Shown here: positions 1-7,416 of the stretch, piece by piece | How positions within the stretch are numbered: the stretch's first letter is position 1 | Layout of the letters: each line of letters begins with the position of its first letter | DNA from: Nitrospirae bacterium JdFR-86 | GTDB lineage: Bacteria > Nitrospirota > Thermodesulfovibrionia > Thermodesulfovibrionales > JdFR-86 | NCBI GenBank assembly: GCA_002011815.1 | Contig: MTOV01000015.1 | Span: 1,405-65,404 of the forward strand | DNA: 64,000 nt | Direction: 5' to 3' | Notes under the pieces: generated by a model | The model's database searches: none | What the model saw: the letters and a program-made list of their open reading frames with translations, nothing else | Told to the model about the DNA's origin: nothing | Made by a program: the position numbers and the translations under genes

Positions 1-169
1 GGAACTTCCATAGGAAGTAAAGCTTTACAAGGGGAGGTGATAAAGGAGCAGCAAAAAAAAACGATTGATTACCGGACACGCCGGTAACGGAAAGTCCGCC
101 TTTGGCGGATGAAATTATGTCAGGTTGGCACATCGCCAGCCGCTAACTCAGGAAAAGGAGGGTTAGAAA

Positions 170-1498
170 TTGAAGAAATATTTAGCAATAGTCTTTAGCA
201 TTCTGTTCGTCCTTGGTCTTGCCGGTACTGCATTTGCAATACATGCCCAGATTCCTTCAGAGACACAGGCAGTCGTAGCAAAAGGGACGACACAGGTAAC
301 ACTTGGCGGAAGCATCAGGATAAGAGGCGAGTACAGGAACAACACTTCTGATTTCGATGATAATCTGCCTGACAACAAGGCAACATATGACCAGAGGGTA
401 AGGTTAAGCCTCGATGCAAAGGTAAGCGACAATGTATCAGGCTTTGTGATGGTTGAGTCAGGAGATAGCAACACGGCTGATACCTGGACATGGGGCGAGC
501 CTAATGATGGTGCAGCTGGCGTCTATGGCTATGGTAATGCCAAGAGCGGTGATCTCAGAATCCTTCAGGCATGGGTTCTTTACAAAGGCGAGAACGTCGG
601 ACTGAAAGTCGGTCACATGCCTCTGGCACTTGGTAACAAGCTCTTCTTTGACCACAGGAAGTTCGGCGATGACGCCATCGTCCTCTTCAAAGACATTGAC
701 AACGTTCATCTTGCACTCCTGACTGCAAAATTTAAGGAAGAGTTAGCAACTGCGGCTGATGATGCAAACGCATATGTTGCATTAGCCGTTTACAAAGGCG
801 ACGGCTTCACCATAAGCGGTGACATTACATGGGTGAATGACAATGATTTCCTTGATGATCCTGATAATGATAGTGCACGGGAAGAAGCTGACCTCTACAA
901 CATCGGTTTAAGGGGCGATTTCACTGTAGGTTCAATCGCTATAAAGGCTGACATTGAGCTCCAGTCTGGTGACACAACCGGAGGCATTGCCTCTCTGGGA
1001 TGCACTGGTAACTGCGACTTTGGCGGAACTGCTTTCTTGCTTGCTGCCAGCACAAAGGTCAACGATGTAAATCTCGGTCTTGAGTTCGGTATGGGTTCAG
1101 GCGATGACAATGCCGCTGACGGCGATATAGACCTCTTCGTGACCAGCTTGAGCAGTGGTGTTCCTTATGTGGCATTCGTATATGGCACAAGGACTTCACA
1201 TGCATCAGGCTTCAGCAATGCTGGTATTTCCAACACCACTTATGTAAAGGCATCAGCAAGCACAGCCCTTACCGATGCAGCTTCTCTGAAGGCTGACCTC
1301 ATCTTACTGAGGGCAACCGAGGATAACGCTGCCGGTGAGGATGAGATCGGAACAGAGATTGATGCAAAACTTACATACAACCTCGCAAAGAACCTGAAGT
1401 ACTGGGTAGAGGGCGGCTACCTCTTTGCAGGCGATTACTATGGAACAAATGCAGACGATGCCTATGCAATCAGGCACGGTCTCGAGCTGACATTCTAA
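170..1498 (+). CDS. outer-membrane beta-barrel porin-like protein
   Basis: TTG start 7 nt after AGGAGGG. Signal peptide MKKYLAIVFSILFVLGLAGTAFA. Gly/Asp/Thr-rich alternating pattern. C-terminal ...GLELTF aromatic terminus typical of OMP barrels. Followed by a strong terminator. Confidence 0.7.
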   Translation: MKKYLAIVFSILFVLGLAGTAFAIHAQIPSETQAVVAKGTTQVTLGGSIRIRGEYRNNTSDFDDNLPDNKATYDQRVRLSLDAKVSDNVSGFVMVESGDSNTADTWTWGEPNDGAAGVYGYGNAKSGDLRILQAWVLYKGENVGLKVGHMPLALGNKLFFDHRKFGDDAIVLFKDIDNVHLALLTAKFKEELATAADDANAYVALAVYKGDGFTISGDITWVNDNDFLDDPDNDSAREEADLYNIGLRGDFTVGSIAIKADIELQSGDTTGGIASLGCTGNCDFGGTAFLLAASTKVNDVNLGLEFGMGSGDDNAADGDIDLFVTSLSSGVPYVAFVYGTRTSHASGFSNAGISNTTYVKASASTALTDAASLKADLILLRATEDNAAGEDEIGTEIDAKLTYNLAKNLKYWVEGGYLFAGDYYGTNADDAYAIRHGLELTF

Positions 1499-1524
1499 GG
1501 ACAGCCTGCAATAAAGGCGCAAAC

Positions 1525-1558
1525 AAAAGGCGGTCGATAAAGCGACCGCCTTTTTTAT
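1525..1558 (+). terminator. rho-independent terminator after the porin gene
   Basis: GGCGGTCG-ataaag-CGACCGCC hairpin followed by TTTTTT. Confidence 0.8.
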
Positions 1559-1612
1559 TTGCAATCGATTAGACTTGAACCCTTCTATCATTAAAAGTTA
1601 CACTTCTTTATC

Positions 1613-2896
1613 ATGGAACTGTTTGAAAACGACGCTGCAATCCCGGCTAAAAAAGGGACTGTGTCCCCTGAGAAAGGGACCATGTCCCCGCTTGCATACA
1701 GGATGTGTCCTGAAACTCTTGATGAATATGTAGGGCAGGAGCATATCCTTGGTGAAGGCAAGCTCTTAAGAAGGGCGATAGAGGCGGACAGGGTGTCCTC
1801 GATAATACTTTATGGTCCGCCGGGCACAGGAAAGACCGCACTTGCAAGGGTTATCGCAAAAAAGACAAAGGCATCTTTTAACTGGCTTAATGCAGCAACC
1901 ACAGGACTTGAAGACCTGAGAAAGGTTATAAAGCAGGCAAGAGCAGATGCCTTAAAAGGCATAAAGACCATACTCTTTCTGGATGAAATCCACAGGTTTA
2001 ACAAACTCCAGCAGGACGCACTTCTTCCTGATGTTGAAGAAGGCAATATTATTCTGATAGCCGCTACTGTTGAAAACCCGTTCTTTTATGTAAACTCTGC
2101 ATTGATTTCAAGAAGCCAGATATTCGAACTCAAGCCTCTTACAAAAGAACATCTGCTTACGATACTTAAGCGTGCGCTTGAAGACAAAGAAAAAGGGCTC
2201 GGCAAACTCAATCTCTCTGTTACGGATGATGCACTTGAGCACCTTGCAGTCATGGCAGACGGTGATGCAAGAAGGGCGCTTTCCGCACTTGAGATTGCTG
2301 CACTTACCACACCGCCTGACAGGCAAGGGAAGATAGTTATAACAAAAGGCATTGCAGAGGAGTCAATACAGAAGAAAGCAGTGGTCTATGACAAAAAAGG
2401 CGACCAGCACTACGATACGATTTCTGCATTCATAAAGAGCATGAGGGGAGGAGACCCGGACGCCACTGTTTATTATCTTGCAAAGATGCTTTATGCAGGC
2501 GAAGACCCAAGGTTTATCGCAAGGCGCATAGTAATCTGCGCCTCAGAGGATGTAGGGAATAAAGACCCGATGGCACTTGTTGTGGCTACATCTGCATTAA
2601 GGGCAGTGGAGTTTGTAGGAATGCCTGAGGCACGCATCCCTCTTGCTCAGGCGGCAATCTATGTAGCCACTGCACCAAAAAGCAATGCCTCATACATGGC
2701 GATTGAAAAAGCTTTAAAAGATATAGAGGAAGAAGAGACAATGGAAGTGCCTGAACATCTGAAGGATAGTCATTACCGTGGTGCTGAAAAATTAGGCAGA
2801 GGCAAAGGCTACATATACCCGCACGACTACCCCGAAGGAACTGTAAAACAGGAGTATATTAAAAAGAAAAAGAAATATTATAAAGGGGAGAGGTAG
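1613..2896 (+). CDS. rarA: replication-associated recombination protein A (AAA ATPase RarA/MgsA)
   Basis: PLAYRMCPETLDEYVGQEHILG motif, Walker A GPPGTGKT, Walker B FLDEIHRFN, and the MgsA C-terminal region (GDPDATVYYLAKML...EDPRFIARR). Confidence 0.9.
   Translation: MELFENDAAIPAKKGTVSPEKGTMSPLAYRMCPETLDEYVGQEHILGEGKLLRRAIEADRVSSIILYGPPGTGKTALARVIAKKTKASFNWLNAATTGLEDLRKVIKQARADALKGIKTILFLDEIHRFNKLQQDALLPDVEEGNIILIAATVENPFFYVNSALISRSQIFELKPLTKEHLLTILKRALEDKEKGLGKLNLSVTDDALEHLAVMADGDARRALSALEIAALTTPPDRQGKIVITKGIAEESIQKKAVVYDKKGDQHYDTISAFIKSMRGGDPDATVYYLAKMLYAGEDPRFIARRIVICASEDVGNKDPMALVVATSALRAVEFVGMPEARIPLAQAAIYVATAPKSNASYMAIEKALKDIEEEETMEVPEHLKDSHYRGAEKLGRGKGYIYPHDYPEGTVKQEYIKKKKKYYKGER
1650..1691. 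repeat. two GGGAC-N3-GTCCC palindromes inside the rarA 5' coding region
   Basis: aaagGGGACtgtGTCCCct and aaagGGACcatGTCCCc lie 21 nt apart. The same motif pair occurs at 44335-44415. Confidence 0.6.
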
Positions 2897-2901
2897 CAAC
2901 T

Positions 2902-2948
2902 GAATTAATTCCAACTCGGTCGAAGCGACCTCAAACACGAATTAATTC
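2902..2948. repeat. 47-nt structured dispersed repeat, copy A
   Basis: A 9-bp outer stem GAATTAATT/AATTAATTC encloses a 29-nt conserved core, ccAACTCGGTCGaagCGACCTCAAACACG. Copy B at 56042-56088 has the same geometry with a different stem sequence. Confidence 0.55.
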
Positions 2949-3102
2949 TTAACGCTTTAACCTCCTTTGGGGTATAATGTGTTGGATTTGTTTAGGATTC
3001 AAGATATGGAAACTGTGAATTACTGTATAAAAAAAATATACTTTTTTTCATGCTGGCAAGGCTGGCTTTTAAAACATGTTGAATTTTAAAGGAAAATTTT
3101 TG

Positions 3103-3118
3103 TGGCATATGTCTTGCT
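3103..3118 (+). promoter_or_regulatory. sigma-54 (-24/-12) promoter candidate
   Basis: TGGCAT-atgtc-TTGCT matches the TGGCAC-N5-TTGCW consensus. It lies about 30 nt upstream of the 3149 start codon. Confidence 0.5.
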
Positions 3119-3148
3119 ACAGGTAGGGAGTGAAAGGGAGGTAGTTAT

Positions 3149-3919
3149 ATGGAAAAGGGAAAAAGGATACTGGTACTGGATGACGACCCTGTTGTGGGTC
3201 TAAGCTGCAAGCGGATACTCGGTGCCGAAGGCTATGTCGTATCAGCGGTAGCCAAAGGGGAAGATGCGATTAAGAGACTTTCAAACGAAGAGATTGATTT
3301 ACTTATCTCAGACATAAGGCTGCCTGACATATACGGCATAGAGGTGCTGAGAGAGGCAAGGCAGATACAACCCAAGACTGATGTCGTTATCATTACGGGT
3401 TACCCCACGCTGGAGGATGCAAAAGAAGCGATTCGGCTGGGTGCATTCGAGTATCTGGAGAAGCCTTTTACTCCTGAGTTTATGATAAACGTAGCGAACA
3501 GGGTTTTCGACAAGAGAGGATGGATACTGAGAAAGGCGTTTATAGACCAGTTCAAGCAGTACATAACTCCAATGTCAGAGCTGGATGAAAAGACCATATT
3601 CTACAAGGAAGGGACATGGGCAAGACCTCTAAGAGACGGCAGATGGGAGATAGGCTTTGATGTAAGGCACTGGTTCCTTGGAGGACAGTTGCTTTATGTG
3701 GATATAATTGATGCACCTACGATAACTTCGGGTCAGTCTTTTGCAAGGCTTCTCAGTGGAGACGGCAGAATACAGGAGTTGAAATCACCGATGACCGGAG
3801 TGGTGGATGAAAAGAACGAAAAGGTGAACGAAACGGTATGCTCGCTGGCAACGGAATGTCTTTCCGAAGGCTGGCTGATGTGGCTTCTGAGGGTAAAGCC
3901 TGTTTCTTCAGCTGAGTGA
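3149..3919 (+). CDS. response-regulator receiver domain fused to a GcvH-like (glycine-cleavage H fold) domain
   Basis: REC motifs are present (LVLDDD, LLISDIRLPD, LEKPF). The C-terminal half aligns by eye to the GcvH pattern (YKEGTWA..., KSPMTGVVDEKNEKV, SEGWLMWL). Confidence 0.65.
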   Translation: MEKGKRILVLDDDPVVGLSCKRILGAEGYVVSAVAKGEDAIKRLSNEEIDLLISDIRLPDIYGIEVLREARQIQPKTDVVIITGYPTLEDAKEAIRLGAFEYLEKPFTPEFMINVANRVFDKRGWILRKAFIDQFKQYITPMSELDEKTIFYKEGTWARPLRDGRWEIGFDVRHWFLGGQLLYVDIIDAPTITSGQSFARLLSGDGRIQELKSPMTGVVDEKNEKVNETVCSLATECLSEGWLMWLLRVKPVSSAE

Positions 3920-3937
3920 TATTAAAAAAACAGACAG

Positions 3938-4477
3938 TTGTGCGAGGTGGCGTGTTATACTAACTACCGTGAGGATGAAGGTTGTATGGTGGGGGCTGAT
4001 ATCAGGGAAGGGTATTTTTTGCTGAAGGGTGGAGAGTTTGCAGAGGCTGGTGCTGCTTCACGCGAGTTGAGGTCGGTTCTTTCGAGGCTTGGAGTGCCGC
4101 AGGATGTAATAAGGCGTGCGGCAATTTGTGCGTTTGAAGCAGAGATGAATGTGATAATCCATGCGGTTGCAGGCTCCCTGCATTATGTCGTTGATGACGA
4201 CAAGATTACGATTACGGTTACGGATATGGGACCCGGCATAGAAGACATAGACCTGGCAATGCAGGAAGGATACTCTACTGCACCTCAGTGGGCTGTGGAA
4301 ATGGGCTGGGGTAGTGGTCTGGGGCTGCCTAATATAAAGAAGAATTCCGACAGTTTGAAGATAGACTCCGTTGTAGGAGAAGGAACAACGCTTGAAATAC
4401 TTGTCCGTATTGACGGCGGACAGAACACGGAGGCATCCTCTGGCAAGGACAATAATGAAAGTCAGGGACATCGCTGA
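3938..4477 (+). CDS. small GHKL ATPase / RsbW-like serine kinase (anti-sigma regulatory factor type)
   Basis: AFEAEMNVIIH (N-box-like), DMGPGI, and GSGLGLPNIKK followed by GEGTTLEI. The start is uncertain; the ATG at 3986 (MVGADIREG) is more plausible than the TTG at 3938. Confidence 0.65.
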   Translation: MCEVACYTNYREDEGCMVGADIREGYFLLKGGEFAEAGAASRELRSVLSRLGVPQDVIRRAAICAFEAEMNVIIHAVAGSLHYVVDDDKITITVTDMGPGIEDIDLAMQEGYSTAPQWAVEMGWGSGLGLPNIKKNSDSLKIDSVVGEGTTLEILVRIDGGQNTEASSGKDNNESQGHR

Positions 4478-4799
4478 AATAGAAGGCGTACATCTTTTAG
4501 TAGACGGTGACCTTGATGCAGAGGTGACAGGTTGTTATGTGAGTGATCTTCTATCGGCTGTCCTTGCCAACAGCAGGGAAGGAGACCTGTGGATAACGCA
4601 TCAGACGCATCCAAATGTTGTTGCCGTGGCTTCTGTAAGAGACCTTTCAGGAGTGATTATAACTGGAGAGAGAGATGTTGAGCCCGAAACCATAAATAAG
4701 GCAAAGGCTGAAAATGTTACCCTTATGAATTGCAGTCTTTCAAAGTTTGAGATAGTCGGAAGGGTTTACAACCTGTTTAAGTCTAGGGGAAAGATATGA
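4455..4799 (+). CDS. DRTGG-domain protein
   Basis: Small protein with ITGERDV (DRTGG-like) and a VSDLLS motif. I chose the ATG at 4455 rather than the ORF-track start at 4392, which overlaps the upstream gene heavily. Confidence 0.55.
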   Translation: MKVRDIAEIEGVHLLVDGDLDAEVTGCYVSDLLSAVLANSREGDLWITHQTHPNVVAVASVRDLSGVIITGERDVEPETINKAKAENVTLMNCSLSKFEIVGRVYNLFKSRGKI

Positions 4800-4841
4800 C
4801 GGTGTGTCTGTCCGAAACAGTAGAAGCAGGCTGTCCGGTGT

Positions 4842-5579
4842 ATGAGCATGAAAAGGTTTATTGCAGACCTTCATATACATACGTGTCTTTCTCCGTGTGC
4901 TGAGCTGGATATGACTCCAAGGCGAATAATAGACAAGGCGGTTGAAAAAGGTCTGGATATGATAGCCGTATCCGACCATAATTCTGCTGAAAACGTGGGT
5001 GTTGCTGTAAAGATTGCTTCGGACAAGGGTATAACTCTTCTGCCGGCGATAGAGATTACTTCCTCTGAGGAAGCGCATATACTCGCTCTGTTTGAGACCG
5101 TTGACAAGGCGCTGAAGATGCAGGAGGTAGTCTACGAGAGTCTTGCTGAGGATGTCCGGAGCAAAAGGTTATGGGGTCATCAGGTGGTGGTTAATGAAAA
5201 AGACGAGGTGCTCGGTTTTAATCACAGGCTTCTTATGGGGGCAACAAGGCTTAGTGCAAAAGCAGTAGTGGATGAAGTGCATGCGCTTGGAGGTCTGGCG
5301 ATTGCAAGTCATGTAGACAGAGAAGCCTTCAGTCTTATATCCCAGCTCGGTTTCATACCAGAGGATGTGAGTATTGATGCACTTGAAGTAACCCGTCCGT
5401 CAAGTGCAGGTGAGATACTTAAACAGTATTTTGATATGCCGTGGGTGTGTTCTTCTGATGCACATCAGCTTGATGATGTGGGCAGGAGAACTACATCGTT
5501 TTTTTTAAAAGAGGCTTCATTTGATGAAGTGGTCATGGCGCTGAAAGGTATCAAAGGACGTGAGGTGCAGTGCAATTGA
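4842..5579 (+). CDS. PHP-domain metal-dependent phosphoesterase
   Basis: DLHIHTCLSPC N-terminal His motif, VSDHNS, LAIASHVDR and SSDAH. Confidence 0.75.
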   Translation: MSMKRFIADLHIHTCLSPCAELDMTPRRIIDKAVEKGLDMIAVSDHNSAENVGVAVKIASDKGITLLPAIEITSSEEAHILALFETVDKALKMQEVVYESLAEDVRSKRLWGHQVVVNEKDEVLGFNHRLLMGATRLSAKAVVDEVHALGGLAIASHVDREAFSLISQLGFIPEDVSIDALEVTRPSSAGEILKQYFDMPWVCSSDAHQLDDVGRRTTSFFLKEASFDEVVMALKGIKGREVQCN

Positions 5580-6116
5580 ATGCAGGATATATCACTACAT
5601 ATTCTTGATATAGCGGAAAACTCTATAGATGCAGGTGCTACAAGAATAGAGATTAAGATAAAAGAAGATTTAAAAAATGACAGGTTTATTTTAATAATAA
5701 AGGATAACGGAAAAGGGATGGAGGTCGGAAAAAAGACAAAAGACCCATATTTTACCTGCAAGACAGGCAAGAAGTTTGGACTGGGCATTCCTTTTCTTGC
5801 ACAGGCAGCTGAGGAGTGTAACGGACGGTTCTCCCTTAGTTCTGAAAAAGGCAAGGGCACAACCGTGGTTGCCGAGTTTCAGCGAAGCCACATAGACCTT
5901 AAGCCGCTTGGCGACATGGGTGCAACAATGACAACACTGATATGCGGACATCCTGAAATAGATTATCTGTTTCTTTATGAAAAAAACGGGCAGAGTTTCA
6001 GTTTTGACACAAAGGAACTAAAGCAGGAGCTGGACGGTGTGCCGGTAAATCTACCGGAGGTGCTTAAGTTTATAAAAGAAGAAATCAATGAAGGACTGAG
6101 GAGGATAAAGGGATGA
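5580..6116 (+). CDS. GHKL-family ATP-binding protein (histidine-kinase-like ATPase, no DHp domain)
   Basis: HILDIAENSIDAG (N-box), DNGKGM (G1) and GLGIPFL...KGKGTTV (G2). Same type as the small ATPases found in Hyd/Hnd operons. Confidence 0.65.
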   Translation: MQDISLHILDIAENSIDAGATRIEIKIKEDLKNDRFILIIKDNGKGMEVGKKTKDPYFTCKTGKKFGLGIPFLAQAAEECNGRFSLSSEKGKGTTVVAEFQRSHIDLKPLGDMGATMTTLICGHPEIDYLFLYEKNGQSFSFDTKELKQELDGVPVNLPEVLKFIKEEINEGLRRIKG

Positions 6117-6991
6117 AAGGTAATGTCCTTGTTGTTGATGATGAACAGATAGTACTTACAAGTTGCGAGAGGATTCTTGAGCCAGAGGGGTATGATGTAG
6201 ATACTGCCATCTCTGCAAAAGCTGCTCTCGCAATGCTTCAGGAAAAACCCTATGACCTTGTTATCACAGACATCAAGATGCCTGAGATGGACGGTCTGGA
6301 GTTTATCAGGCAGATAAGGGCGAAAGACCCTGATATGAATGTCGTTCTGATTACAGGTTATCCCTCGCAGGAAAGCATTAAAGAAGCCCTGAGCTTAAGA
6401 ATAATAGATTATCTGCCCAAACCGTTTTCTCCTGCGCTTCTTACCGAGGTAACCCACAAGGCAGTGGAGTTCAAAAAGAAGGGTGTTTCTCCAGAGCCTG
6501 CAGTCGAGGACTATACAGAGGAAGTAGCAGCAAAGCTCGATGAGATTATAAATCGTTACAAGGACAAGCCCGGCAGTCTTATACCTGTGCTTCAGGAGGC
6601 GCAGGAACTCGTTGGTTATCTGCCGCCGGTTGTTCAAAGGCACATTGCACGGGGACTTAACCTTTCTGTAAGTGAAGTTCATGGTGTGGTTTCATTCTAT
6701 TCGTTCTTTACGATGAAGCCTAAGGGCAAGCACAACATCAGGGTGTGTCTTGGAACTGCGTGCTATGTTAAGAGGGCAGAGGAAATACTCCAGAAGCTCA
6801 AGGAGATACTTAAGATAGATATAGGTGAGGTTACGCCTGACAGGACGTTTTCGCTTGAGAGTGTCCGTTGTCTTGGAGCTTGTGGTCTTGCGCCTGTGGT
6901 CGTTGTGGACAAGGACACCTATGGCGCTGTAAATCCAGTAAAGACTGCCGAGATCCTCGAAAACTACAACGGCAAGAAGAAGGAGGGTTAA
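6113..6991 (+). CDS. receiver domain fused to a NuoE/HndA-type [2Fe-2S] thioredoxin-like ferredoxin
   Basis: N-terminal REC (VVDDE, VITDIKMPEMDG, LPKPF). C-terminal NuoE motifs (SLIPVLQEAQ, CLGTAC, CLGACGLAP). Confidence 0.8.
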   Translation: MKGNVLVVDDEQIVLTSCERILEPEGYDVDTAISAKAALAMLQEKPYDLVITDIKMPEMDGLEFIRQIRAKDPDMNVVLITGYPSQESIKEALSLRIIDYLPKPFSPALLTEVTHKAVEFKKKGVSPEPAVEDYTEEVAAKLDEIINRYKDKPGSLIPVLQEAQELVGYLPPVVQRHIARGLNLSVSEVHGVVSFYSFFTMKPKGKHNIRVCLGTACYVKRAEEILQKLKEILKIDIGEVTPDRTFSLESVRCLGACGLAPVVVVDKDTYGAVNPVKTAEILENYNGKKKEG

Positions 6992-7375
6992 ATGCCAAGG
7001 CTGACAGTAGATGATTTAAAGAAGATAAAGGAACAATATAAGTCTACTCTTACTCTCAGGGAAGGCGGTTACAGGGCAAAGATAACCGTGCACATGGGCA
7101 CCTGCGGAATTGCAGCAGGTGCAAGGGATGTAATGGATGCACTGCTTGATGAAATGGCAGCAAGTGATACAAAGGATGTTATCGTTACCACCTCAGGATG
7201 TGCAGGGCTTTGCAGCCGTGAGCCGATGGCTACTGTCGAGATAATCAACGAAGCACCGGTTAAGTATTGTTATCTCGACCCTGAGAAAATCAAAAAGATA
7301 TTTAAAGAGCATGTACAGGGAGGCAAGGTAGTCGAGGAGTATGCACTGGTTGTGGGAAGCGAAACGTCTTATTAA
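6992..7375 (+). CDS. HndB-like small [2Fe-2S] ferredoxin
   Basis: About 127 aa with MGTCGIAAGA...SGCAGLCSREP, the thioredoxin-like 2Fe-2S pattern. Confidence 0.7.
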   Translation: MPRLTVDDLKKIKEQYKSTLTLREGGYRAKITVHMGTCGIAAGARDVMDALLDEMAASDTKDVIVTTSGCAGLCSREPMATVEIINEAPVKYCYLDPEKIKKIFKEHVQGGKVVEEYALVVGSETSY

Positions 7376-7416
7376 GAGAAATTAAATAATTTGTAATAAA
7401 TGGAGGAAGGCTGACT

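Noticed and set aside
126-140. TGGCAC-atcgc-CAGC, a sigma-54-like GG-N10-GC element upstream of the porin gene.
   Set aside because: The -12 box is CAGC rather than TTGC. The spacing fits but the match is weak and could easily be chance, so I did not list it as a feature.
4392-4454. Upstream start of the DRTGG ORF overlapping the GHKL gene by 86 nt.
   Set aside because: The internal ATG at 4455 (MKVRDIAEIEG) reduces the overlap to 23 nt and matches the usual size of DRTGG proteins.
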